From Amphiscolops sp. MND2022 (Eukaryota): DNA of 64,000 bases. The stretch covers positions 89,096,001-89,160,000 of the forward strand of contig OZ076409.1 in NCBI GenBank assembly GCA_964187785.1. The letters are read 5' to 3'. Of this stretch, positions 36,774 to 49,418 are shown in pieces. The translations under genes and the position numbers were made by a program. The stretch's first letter is position 1. The number at the start of each line of letters is the position of its first letter. Below the pieces are notes generated by a model. That model did no database searches and was not told the origin of the DNA. It was given only the letters and a program-made list of their open reading frames with translations.

Positions 36774-39700
36774 GATGGACTTGTTGAATAGCTTCAGAGA
36801 TGGCTATGATTTGAGTTTGAGACACCTAGAGAAAATCTCTGTCGCTATTATTCTGGTTTGTCGCTGCACTTGGGCTGAAAGAACTATCACAACCCAGTGA
36901 GATAATTCCATTTATACTTCTTATACTTCATTTCATCAAGACCTGGTTTTGTTTCAAATACGGATTGCTTCACTGTGTAGTTCTTTTTGGGGAGATTGGT
37001 ACACACCCAAATGAGGTGTTGCTGCAATTGTGTAGGTTTTGAGGTTGAGTTTTGATGAAAAACAAGGACACCTGTAATGCCCTGCATCGTCTGAAGCCAT
37101 CAAGATCGATAGACTGGGTAAATTGTAGGCTTTGCAACAGATGGGTTCATATAAAATGCGCCAATTTATCAAGAACGGACGCCGCAGCCATGCCGAATTT
37201 AAATGTTATAGGAACTATTCAGTGAACATTATTCCTCAGGGTCACGATGATAACTTTGGACCAGTCAACCTGGACAACCTTTTTAATTCAGGCGTTATTC
37301 TCTTGAAAAGAATTCTTAAAAGGTCACGGGTCACCTACTAGAAAGTTAATACCCAAAATTAATTTTTGTGGAACCCTGTCAAAGTTTGCCTTGTGGTGCT
37401 CATTGCCCTCCTTTCTAAGCTATTTTTTGAAAAAACTATTTCGATGAGGAAAACTTCTGAAGTCATCACTCATTACAATTATCAACGAGCGTGTTGGGGA
37501 TGGTGTCATTGAGAAAAAACCGGAACGCGATTGACGACTGCGTTCCATTTGCACTAAATTGGTTGAAGGTAATGTTAAGGCCGGAGTCAAATTAACAGTT
37601 GGTGACGACAAGATTGCAGAGTTCACGGTCCACAACTACGCTGCCCTCAATCTGAAACACCCGCAGAGGGAAACTTGTTCTGTTCCGGACCCCAGAGATA
37701 TCGATTCTTTTTCAAACTCGAAATTTTTCGTCTACAAGGCTCTCATGTCCTTCCCCAACGGCACTAATGCAGGTTTGGATGAAATTTCGCCCCACGTTTT
37801 CAGCACTTGACTGCCAAGTCGAACAATTATCTTGGACTAAATTTTTTCATTGCCTTAACAAATCTTGTGAATGTGATTCTCGAAGGAAAGGTACATTTCG
37901 TACTTCGACCGTACTCCTTAGGTGAGAAATTAATTGCGCTAAAATGCGGGACGGAGGACTTCGTCCAATCACTTTAGACAATACTTTCCGCCCGTTGTCC
38001 GCAAAATGTGCCGGATACCATGTCTTCGAATCACGTCACGCAAGTAGATGTATGCGCCCAAAGGGGCGCTGAATTGGACTCACTTGTTTTCCGTTGTTCG
38101 CTAGAAAGCTCCCAGCCCAAAGTAAACGTAATATTGGAAATCGAATTTGATAACGCTTTCAATTCGATAAACCGACAAATCATGCCGGCGAAAATCTTTT
38201 GAAATCCACCCTATGGTGTATTAGTACTCACTCTCGGTGTACAGTGAGCCAAGTTTTCTTTTTTACGGTGATTCAGTAATAAAATCTTGCGAAGGGAACC
38301 AGCAAGGCAATTCTGAGTCTCCAGTATTATTTTGGGATTCCATTCAGAATCTGATTGACAGGTTGGAGTCGAAAATGAAGCTATCGAAGTTTAAGTGATG
38401 ATTACAGAACAGTTTTGAAAGATCTGAAAAACATTGTTGACGCCGAAACAACATCTGTACTTAAAATTAAACGCACGACATGCAAATTTCGTTTCCTTGG
38501 TGACATCACTAAAAAACGACAATCGAAAATTTCAGCATATTATCAAAATCTTCGCCTACGGATTCACCCAAGAAAGCTGAACAAATCATTCTTGTTTCAC
38601 AGCTCGGCGCAAAATTGCAGGAAGACTTTTTGGAGAGGAAAAGAAATGAACCGGTACAATTTGATGGATTAATTGAAAACTAGATGCGCATTATGGTTTT
38701 TTATGTTAATAAAATGCTTCAGTCTGGCAATGTTGTTGCACTTTTTGAGAACCAGTACATGTTGTAGTGATTCAGCTCTCTGAGAAAAGTATGACAAAAC
38801 CGAAGGCGACAGTCTTTCTAAAATGTGTAACATGAACTTCGAAAATTTTTCGAGTACTCAATTGACTCTGCTTGCTGAAATGGGTGGTTTTGGGTTTCAT
38901 CTGCATCATTATAAGCACTTTCCATCGTTTCGGCCTCAGCTTTTGGTGCGAGTGACTTCCTCACGACGATTATCTCGGAAACCTTCGCAGATGTTTCGTT
39001 CACAAACGCGTTTGAGAAATGGTTTAGTTTGACCGACGAACATGAACGTCCTCTCGATGCACCTCAGAAGAACTGGACCCCACTTGTCCACGTCCGTCGA
39101 AACTGCTAAGATTTAAATTCTAGAAAGGATGACAAACTTTATAAGGTTTTAACGCTCTCCAAAACAAATTTGGTTCTCACTGACTAAACGTCGTTCCTTG
39201 GAAGTGTTTTGGCCGGAAACTTGGTGATCAGCAGCTTCGAACTTCAATTGGTTTACGTCTCGGAGCCAACATCTGTGTTGCGCACACGTGCCGATGTGGT
39301 AAAAAAGTTGAATGGGACTGTTTACAATGTCTCTTCTGCACCAAGAGTGCTGGTCGCTTCTAACGTTGGTCTCAATTTTTTCATAAAGCTGACGTCGGGA
39401 TCTCTCGACTTGCCTTCAATGCTCGAGCCGCATGGACTGTACCGAACTGATGGCAAACGCCCAGACGGTGTTACTTCGATTTTTGGGAAATGGGTAAACT
39501 GCTGGTGTGGGATGTCAGAGTAGTGGATGCTCTTGCACCCAGGCGCCTGAATCAAAGCTCTTTATGAAACCAGGAGGCCACTGCCACCGTGGCTGAAGCG
39601 CGTAAAATTGAGAATTATCGCGAAGTATTAGACCATGGATACATTTTTCAACTGGCGGCCTTGGAAGTACAGGGTTCTTTAGGCGAGAGCAGTGAAATTT

Positions 39701-39915
39701 TCATCGCTCGTCTCTGTTAAATGCTCTGTCGTTCGCACCACAATCAACGAGCTGGCAGCCTTCGGAAGCAACGGATTTCAATGGCCTTTCCGATCGGCAA
39801 TGCGGCCTGTGTTCTACGAACTGTGAGCGACCGAGATGCGTTCTAAGAAATTTGTTACATAGAGTTTTTTTACAAACCTGAATGTTTTTACACCCAAAAA
39901 TTTATATTAAAATCT
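36774..39915 (+). mobile_element. Degenerate CRE-like non-LTR retrotransposon (RT + restriction-like endonuclease)
   Basis: EFDNAFNSINR, GNQQG, GGFG, DGKRPDG, WDVRVVDALA and AEARKIENY remnants. Confidence 0.75.
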
Positions 39916-39938
39916 GTATATCATTGCTTAATTCTTGG

Positions 39939-42380
39939 GATGGACTTGTTGAATAGCTCTAGAGATGGCAATGATCAAGTGTAAAGTGTATTTTCCGTGA
40001 AACAAGAACGAGCCGTATTCTAGTCAAACAGTGCAGTGTGTTAATCGTGAGTTTTGATGCACTGTGTAATCAGAAATTGCGGATTGTGATCATTGAGCGT
40101 AATTAGAGAAACGTAGTAACCAGTCAAGAACTTTAACCTACAATTGGTTCGATTCCGTAATGTGTAAAATGCGTAAATTAGTCAATATTAATGATCATTC
40201 ATCCTATTTAACATCAATAACTTACACACTTTGCCAAAGTGGATTGCAGTCAAAATGTGTACCGGGTTTGAAACAAAATGATGAATGATTCAGAGTGGAA
40301 AACACTCGAACTTAACACTAACTTACACAATCTGATTGTTTTCCACTTTGAAAGTGAATTCCAGTCAAAATGTGTACCAGATTTATGTGTAAAACAATCA
40401 ACTTCCGTCTTCGTGTGTGAAGTGGAAACCAGTCAAAGTACGTAATTTTAGAGAGTGTAAAGTAGATGTTTACTGTGTTTTGATCACTACGCGTAAGGTC
40501 AAATCATAGAGGGTAACGAGCAAATCTCGTAACGCTTATCTGAAATAAAAACGCGTTGCTACTGGCTGTTTATCGAACCAGCAAGATCTTGCTAGTTAGT
40601 TGCGGCATATGTATCGTAATGTTGTTGGTTTGTTGCTGCACTTTAGCTGATAGAACTATCTGAACCCAGTGAGACAGTTCCATATGTTATTTGTTTTATC
40701 ATTTCAAGGTTTTGCGTTTCTACCGGTTTACTGGGATAGTGGCTGGTATGAGTAGTTTGTTGGCGTTGTTTGTATTATAGTTCATTATTTTTATTTTTTA
40801 ATAAATCAAGTCTCACAGGGTTTTAATGGCGTTAGAAACCCGCAGCCCGATTATCCCTTGTTTGTCCCTATACTCGTTTTTGGTTATTCGGTCTCCCCTC
40901 TGAAAACGAGCATTGTAACACGTGTCGAGTGCAGTGCCTGTAGCCATAACTCAGTGGCTCTGGAAAATGTCCCTCAGAAGAATCAATAAGTTCTGCTCCG
41001 CCCAAAGATGTTGTAAGCCCTCTGACAGAATATTCTGGGTAGGATGTTCAAAATGCCGTAAATGGTTCCATATCAAATGTGTGGGTATTACAAAAAAGCA
41101 GCCAGAGGATGAAAATTTTTTCTGCAGAACTTGGCAAGTTGTGAATACGGACGGTCCTTGCCCCTTACCGTTGGTACTCTAATAGCTGTCACTAAAGCAA
41201 ACCCCACCATCTGAAACGAGTAGCCAAACGCGCACGTATTCCTTTAGCGAAGCTTCTCAACGATGCGCTTGATGGCATAGTAGCAAAGCCACATGATAAA
41301 TCGCTCTGGGCGTGTTCCTTTCTTCAATTTTGCGCCATTATGAAACAGCCAAAACGATCTGGCAAACGACTAACATCTGATGTGGGAAGAGTCGTATGCG
41401 AAAGACAAACACAAGGAGCAGCTCTTGTCGTACCGCGTGAAAAGAAGGACACTAAACTCGAGCAGGAATGCAAAAAAAGGATCAAGTTGCTCGCCGCCAA
41501 GTTCGATGGGGGGAACATCCGAGCCGGAATGAAGCTATCCGCGTCGGACGACGCAGTAGCTCCTTTTGACTACAACACTTACGAAAAACTTCGGTCATCC
41601 CCCTCGAGGCCCAAATCATGCCCAACAAGATGTCGAAGATAGCTTAGTTACGTTTGAAACCATCGTAGCAAAGGCAGGTAACTTTTTCCCTTCTGGGTCA
41701 TTAGGAGGACCAAGACTGCTTGTGTCCCAGTGGTACAATGACCTTGTCGCGAAGAGACAACGAGTTCCTCCAGAAGCTAACAAGCGTACTAAATTTTGTC
41801 TTATTATCCTTGTAGTTTTGAGACCTTTTTTCTTCGGTGCCAAACTTATTGGTCTGCGGAAAAAGGAATAGTAAAAACGTTATTCTGAAGATGGACTTCA
41901 AAAATGCTTTTGACTCGCTGAAACGTGACAAAACCTTAGACTCTGCATATAGCCAAACCTCTCATCTTTTCTTCGGAGACAAAGGTATTCAATCGCAAGA
42001 GGGCTGCCAGAGAGGGAACCCCGAAGGTCCAGCTCTCTTCACCGATACTATTAAAGACGTTAACCAAAAGGTTTCACAATATAATGTTTGGTACCTCGAC
42101 GACAGGAGTCTTTCGGGTGACTATCGGACGGTTCTTGAGAACCTCAAACGAACCATTGCTAGCGCCGACGAATATGGGTTTTCACTCGGAAAAACTAAAG
42201 GTTACATAATTTTCCTCGGACATTTTACGTACCAAAAGCTCAAAAAAGAGAACCAAAGCGCTTTTTAACGAAATTTGCCCGGGTATTAAAGTAGAGGATC
42301 GTGAGAATTTGGAAATTTTAGTGTCGCCAATGGGCGCAAATGCTCATTGAGTCCTGTAGAACAAAAAATTGATTGAATGG
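39939..42380 (+). mobile_element. Second CRE-like non-LTR element with an N-terminal PHD finger, interrupted by Gypsy-B; left boundary tentative
   Basis: PHD WVGCSKCRKWFHIKCVG; FFFGAKLIGL, MDFKNAFDSLKR, EGCQRGNPEGPALF and WYLDD. Confidence 0.7.
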
Positions 42381-44005
42381 TGTCGCAACCCTACTATTGC
42401 GCTGGACCCGTGGTGCAACAATAAAAAAACAGAACAGTACGAGGAAAGGGTATGATCACACATTTCAAACTTCCTAAACTATATGAATAAACAATTTGAT
42501 GTCATGTATTTTGTATAAAGTATTTGAATATTTGTAAAGGCAATTAGCCGATTGGATGATGTCTTACCCCATTCATAATTTACATGAAACCATGGAAGCT
42601 ACTATTCGCAGTAGTTCTAAGATGCTAATTTGTGTTATGCGTCACACCTCGTGTAGTATTACAATGAGACTACGTGCATGTGCATTTATCAATGTAAACA
42701 TTATGCTATATTGTACGTTTATGAATACTATGAGTATGCGTCAATATACGCTTTCACGGCCACCAACCATACGTGATCATACGCATTTGTGTTTTCAGTA
42801 TATGCGTCATCATGCGTGATGGAATGATTTATTTAGAATGTGCTGTGTGTTCTCCAATTATGCAATAACATGCGGTAGTGAAGCAATGTACATACGTTAA
42901 CATACGTTTTTGATTATACGTCATTATACGTACTTCTGACAACCGTATGTGCGTTAGGATACACTTTTGCTTTCAAATACGCGTATGCTACAATGTACAT
43001 CATTTAGCGTTTTCCTTAACACCAATTGTGCGTCAATATGCGTATATAAGAGTATGATGCTTATGCGTAAAGGTGCGGTTTCATTGGAAACCCTAGATTT
43101 AGCTTTTTGGACGTCATGTAACTTCGAATTTGTACTTTATAAATAGTCTTTACGTCATCTGACGCAATTCTATTTATATTTTGAATAGCGATGATGTGCT
43201 AGAAAAAGAGTGTCATGTAAAATATTTTTCTTGGATTGATAAGGAGTGAAAAAGAAACAACACAAAAAAAGTACCTCTCTACGAATGCAGTTGCTTATTG
43301 CTTTTCCTAACTTCGTGACAGCTTCTTTGATCTATTTCCCGTTTGTCTCTTTGATTTGATTTAAAGTAAAGACTTTGAATAAATTCAAATTCTTCCCCAA
43401 CAACAAAATAACCATTTTTCACTTGAGCAGAATGGGAAACAAAAGAAACAGGAAGTCTAGAAGATTGAGAACTCTATCTCCTGATGGAAACTTGAGTGAA
43501 ACACAACTAGAAACTTCTACCCAGGGTAATGATACATTAACCAATATTGGGTCCAACACACAAGGAATATCAAACGGCGATGAAATTAGGACTTAACTGA
43601 TAGAACCTAGTCAGATAAGTAATGAGATCCAAGCATGGACGAATAATTTTGAACAAAAGAATAATGATAGAATTATGAAAATGAGAGAAGAAATGGAGAA
43701 CAAACTAGATGCTATCTTAAAAGAAATAAAGTCTAATGAAAGTGCATCTCTGGCGACAAACTCAAGATCTGAAACGAATGATGTTCCAAACATGCAACCA
43801 TCAGGGTCCAGGTTAGGTCAGTCTAATGGAGTACATGCATCTTTTGATGAAAATTTAGAACTAGATGATGAAGGTTATCCTCCCCAAACTTCCAAAATGA
43901 GAGACCTCAGGCATCCAGCTAAACCACCAATGTTTCGAAGCGAATCTGATGTAGACACAACTATACACTCAGACGAAGAGTCAGACCTGGAGGAGGATTA
44001 TCACA
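42381..44005 (+). repeat. 5' LTR of Gypsy-B (~1.6 kb)
   Basis: Begins TGTCGCA and ends ..TCACA before the PBS. Confidence 0.85.
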
Positions 44006-45126
44006 TGGTGACAGGAGCCAATAGACAACTCCATAGACAAAGTTCGCAAAACTCTCAACCTTTAAACGATCACACTGGACCTCACGCAGAACAAAGAACG
44101 TCAACACTGGCGGATAAACCCCTTGACCCAGTCAACCAAATCGCACTTGCAATTGAGAAATTAGCAAACAAAAACCCCCAACAATCACTTTTTCACCCCA
44201 AAAACACATTAACATTCAATGGCAAAAACGAGAAAAATGAAAAATTTGAATATTTCGAAGATCTGTTTCATACAACACTTCGAATGCAGCCAAACCTAAC
44301 CGAGGACATGAAAATCAACCACTTTCACGCACACCTCAGAGGTTTAGCCCTAAAAACTTTCAAAAATATACAAAGAACACCAAATACAACACTGGAAGAC
44401 ATCTTAAAAGTCTTTCGCAGGAAATATGTCAAACCGGAATCCAGTGCATCAGCAAAACACAGATTCAATAGACTTTTCTTTGACCCCGAAAACCAAAAAC
44501 TACCGGACTTTCTAGAAGAACTCCAGGAGAGTGGTGAAAAGGCGTTTGGCGACAACGCGCACCAAATGATAGAAAACTTACTCTACGCGAAAATGCCCCC
44601 TCACCTCAAAAAATCCATTAACCAAGCGTATCTCGAGAATGGAACATACAACCAAATCGTAAAACATCTCGAGAGGGAGATGGAGCTAAACGGTTTGGAG
44701 AACGATGAAACTTCAGTCAAAACCCAAATGACTGTTACTAAAAAAGAGCAAAAACCTGAAAAACCAACCAAAAAGCAAAATGACAAACCTAAAACTCAAA
44801 ACCCAAAAACGGTACCAAATAAGACACTTAAAGACGATCAGTGCCGTTATTGTAAAGAGACAGGCCACATGATGTCCGATTGTCCCAAACTAGCAGAAAA
44901 ACGTAAACTCGAAGAGGACCCGGATGCAGAAAAATGTCAAAACTGCAACACACCTGGTCATGAAGAAGAAAACTGCTACTTCGGCGCCAATATGGAAAAT
45001 CGCCCACCAAAATGGAACCTCACAGACGCTCAAAAGAAAGTCATCGAAGCTTACAAACAAGCTCGAAAACCCATAAAACCAAAAATAGAACGACCCCAAC
45101 AATCCTCTTCCAAGGATTTAAACTAG
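43432..45126 (+). CDS. gag of Gypsy-B (one in-frame TAA at 43594-43596)
   Basis: MGNKRNRKSRR start inside the LTR; KFEYFEDLFHT capsid region; two CCHC knuckles CRYCKETGHMMSDC and CQNCNTPGHEEENC. Confidence 0.85.
44006..44021 (+). promoter_or_regulatory. Primer-binding site TGGTGACAGGAGCCAA, lying inside gag
   Basis: Identical to the Gypsy-A PBS; translated as MVTGA in both elements. Confidence 0.8.
45117..45123 (+). promoter_or_regulatory. -1 ribosomal frameshift slippery site T TTA AAC
   Basis: In the gag frame directly before the TAG stop; pol continues in the -1 frame. Confidence 0.7.
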
Positions 45127-48100
45127 AAACGCCACGCCTTAACAACCAAAACGCCCAAATAAATACAAAACCACAAGACGACTGGCAGCGTCAAGTGGAA
45201 ACCATAAATATACAACTTAAACAATTGACTACAGAACCAGACTACACACTTCAAACACTTACACAATCAGACAGTAATCAACCTGCACAAGAATCCTACT
45301 ACGACCTCATGAGAGATGCCCCTGACAAGTATTTCTCAGACCACATCCAAACCCCCACAGCACTCACAGAAAACCCACCAAAAATTCATCACCCGAGCAC
45401 CTTCTCTTGCAATGAACAAAAACAACCCCTTTTGGATGAGGACATCACAAACCACATCCAGTTTGACCGGGAACGCAACCTGTCATACCTACCTATGTCA
45501 ACCTCGCTAACATTGAAACGAAAACGCCACATGTACTATATGCCAATGGACTTCGAAAAACTCACACTTGATGGACTCATTGACACATGAGCCCTGACTA
45601 GTGCGATTTCTGAACAAGACCTCAACAAAATCAGATTGATCGCCAATGAAGCAATAAAAGACACTGGCCCACCGCCAAATTTCCAAATCATGGTGGCCAA
45701 TGGTCAATTAGAAGTACCAATAGGCACAGTACTACTCGAATTTGAAGTGGCTGATTTCATGTTACGCGAAAACTTCATCATCATGAAAAACCTACCAAAC
45801 CCACTCATTGGTCTCTGCTTTCTTCGCAGAAACAATGCAGTTTTTGATGTCACACAAGGCATCCTAACTTTTCCATACCTCTCAATGCAATTAAAGCCAG
45901 ATACGCAAACAACAATGCGTCAAGCAACGCCTTTATTTGCTGAAAATACATACACGCTCCAACCAGGTGAAACCCTTGCTATAGCAAGCAGAATGCCCCA
46001 CCTGTTAGACCATGATGCAACAGGAATAGTCACACCTTCACCGCAATTCGAAAGCCGCGACAGCATTTTCATCACATCGTCACTTAGTACGGTCAACAAT
46101 AATGCTATCGGGTACCAAATAATCAACTTTTCAGAACTTCCATACACAATAGTTTGTGACACCCATTTAGCAGACTTCAAAATCCTCACACCGGAACAAA
46201 TCAAACATATACAACCGGTAGATCCAGCGATGTTGTCATTCATGATACAACATGAAGAAACCACTGAAATCTACATAAATGAATTCTTGAAAGTTCCTTC
46301 ACAAAACACTGAACAAGAATCTTATTGGTTCCCAACACCAGAAGATCCAGGAGATCCTACAACGTATACCCCAATCCAACAACGAATCTACAATGAACTC
46401 CTTGAGCTCAAAGAACTTGAACAACTCAACCCACAAGACAATGACAAATCCAGAAAAATTTTTCTTTCGAATTTCGACTGGACCGACACCACGCTCAACC
46501 CAGAAGAACAGAAACAAATTGAAGAAATCCTCATTGAATTCCACGACATTTTCGCCAGACATCGATTCGACATTGGCACCAATCGTGAATTCAAGGTTAA
46601 GCTTACACCAAACGATGACCGACCAGCATACAGTCAAAGTTTACCGACACCAATCAACCTTAAAGATGATATTACGGTAGAACTAGCACTTCTACACAAA
46701 TATGGAATCATAACAACCCTACCTTTCTCAAAATACGCTAGTCCAATCTTTGCACAACGCAAACCGAACGGACGCCTCAGATTACTAGTGGATCTCAGGA
46801 AAATCAACAACCTAATCACTGAAGACTACATCAACAACAACCATCCGGTAAGCACTTCATCGGATGCCGCACAACATATGGCAGGCAAGAAACTTTTTTG
46901 CAAATTAGACTGCTCCCAAGCTTACCACTGCCTTCAAATGGCAGACTACCAATCTATTCAGATGCTTGCTTTCAACTTTGCAAGCCGAACCTTTGCTTAC
47001 CGCCGACTCGCCCAAGGGCTTAGCAGATCTCTTTCGGCTTTCTCAAGCTTCATGAGGGAATACCTTGACAAAGCGATCAAGGCCGACCAATGTGCACAGT
47101 ACGTTGATGACATTGGTATAGCAGCAAATGACTCACAACAGCTATGCGCCAACATCAAGACGGTTTTTGAATGCATTCGAAACGCTGGTCTAAAACTCAC
47201 AATGTCCAAATGTCATTTCGGAGTCAAACAAGTCGACTTTCTTGGCAGAACAATTACGCCTGAAGGCGTCGCTCCGCAAGCCGACAAAGTCAAAAATTTC
47301 TTATCAAAGTTGAGATTCCCCAAATCCAAAAAAGCACTCCAAAGGTATATAGGACTTTTAAACTATTACCGCAATTACATGCCGAGACTTTCTGAACGAT
47401 TATCTCCGTTCTTTAAACTTCTCAAAGAAACCTCCAAATTCTATGTACCCACGAATCGGGTCGAAGACTTCACCAATCTGAACAAACTTCTTGAGAATTC
47501 TTGCAAACTAGCCCTAAAACAACCTCTTAAAGAGAAACAACTCATAGTCATGTCTGATGCAAGTTTTACAGCAGCAGGATACGCCATCATGATAGAAGAT
47601 GATCCCAGTCAAAAACTTCAGTCCAAACGCAAAACATATGCACCTATAGCATTTGGTTCTAAAACCTTCAACGCAACACAAACAAAATTATCAATCTATG
47701 CGAAAGAATTCCTTTCCATCTACTTTGCTTTTGTCGAATTTGGACAGCTCATGTGGGGCAGCACATTCCCAATCATAGTGTTCACGGACAACAGAGCGGT
47801 TACCCGTTTCTTTCAAGCAAAACTCATTCCTCCAGCACTCTGGAATGCATGCGATTATGTCCTACAATACAATTTTGTCATTGCCCATGTTGCTGGTTCA
47901 ATGAATACTGCGGCGGATTTCATGTCTAGAACGGAAGTCAACCCAGTTGAAAAACTCGAAATGAGCATAAAAAACGATATACAAACGAAAGCGATAGAAG
48001 TCAATATACAATCCTCAGGTATCGTAGAAGAAGAACAAATTTACATCCTCCCTGACGATGAATTTGATGAAAACAAACTTTGGGAGGAAAAACAAAATGT

Positions 48101-48497
48101 GAGAAATCAGGCTCAAAGTGAAACTCACAATGACCCAGAAAACAACGTTACTGAACTTCAACAGTTTCACAAACCGACATCAGGCTTAAATACGTGTTCC
48201 GAAGGACATTTCAGAGACAATGCCAGAATCAGACTCGAACAAAACAATGACATCGTTCTCAGAAATCTCAGAGCTAAAATCGAAGGAAACCCGTTTGATG
48301 AAAACGACTTGGCATCTGACTACAGATACCAACATTACCTCCAAAACATAACCAGAATTGAAATCAAGCAAGAGGTTCTAACGAGAAAATACTACACAGA
48401 AACAGGAACCACTTCACATTATCAGATTTTGTTACCAACACAACTCCTAGAACAACTACTTCAAGCCCCACATGGTCACAACTCGAACCATCCAGGT
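45117..48497 (+). pseudogene. pol of Gypsy-B, 5' part (PR, RT, RNase H, start of the IN zinc finger)
   Basis: LIDT*AL protease with a nonsense codon; QYVDDI; MSDAS; HGHNSNHPG cut by the BEL insertion. Confidence 0.92.
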
Positions 48498-49418
48498 TGT
48501 AACGGCTGCTTGCCTTTATCCTGCGCTGAGGCTTGACAAGCTTTACGCCGCCCTGATCCGTTGCTTAGTGCTGTGGACCGTCACTAAACAATTCCTGGTT
48601 TTTCGTGTTTTAAAGGACTGTATCTTTTGGCTGGTGGGTCCGATGTGACCCGTGGAATCTCCTGCGATTCCGCTTTGCACTGAATTGGATCCGTTGTGAC
48701 CCTGCACACACTTCCCTCACAGTATCTTCACGCGCTCCGGCTCTCCAACTATGAGAGTAGCTACTTAGTCGCTCTAACTCTAGCGAAAAGTTGTGAAGAT
48801 TGAGAAGTTGATTAATTAGTCTTGCGGTCCTGAGACCCAACTTGACTATAGCTATTCAGTGGATAAAATCTCTGTCTAATAATGGTATAAATGTGGTTTA
48901 CAATTCTACAGTAAATATAAGCAAATATAAGTTGAAATATGTTGTATAAATAAATGACATTAGAGTGAATTATTAAAGTTATTGGCTATGTAAACAAAGA
49001 TTGTGGTGGTTTTGGCATGTTGGTCAGGTGGGTTAGAAAGTATGTTTACACTATGTAAATATCATTAATTTCAACAGAGTTACATTCTAATGTGGTCATA
49101 AGGTTAAATAACAAAGTTTACATTTTTGGTTCAATGACCTTGAACACTACACATGTGAGGGGTAAAGGGGGTTATAATGGGTGGATGACCTTGAAACTTG
49201 GCCGGTGTGTTTGTGTTAGGTACTTGCGTATGTGTGCCAAGTTTCATGGCTCTATGATTAATAGTCTTGGAGAAAACCCATTTGGGGGGGGTTTTCCATT
49301 TTGGTCCCCCTCATTATTTGATCAAATTTTCATCTAAGTTTTTAAGAGTTTAAGTCTTGTTTCTCAATCAGCATGTTGTAAATCGACTTTCTCTGCCTTT
49401 TGATGACTGGCGCCAACA
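48498..49418 (-). repeat. BEL 3' LTR
   Basis: Direct repeat of 54107-55028; purine-rich aggagaaaaacagggccggcaa precedes it on the minus strand. Confidence 0.92.

Noticed and set aside
39965..39983. Resemblance to U2 snRNA (GGCTAAGATCAAGTGTA), suggesting a Utopia-like target
   Set aside because: Only ~17 nt match with 2 mismatches, and the flanks do not match U2; probably chance.
45940..46190. dUTPase-like segment between protease and RT
   Set aside because: Catalytic dUTPase motifs are not recognisable, and similar linkers are common in Gypsy pol.
48610..49337. Short ORFs duplicated at 54219-54931
   Set aside because: Incidental ORFs inside the two BEL LTRs with no protein-like features.
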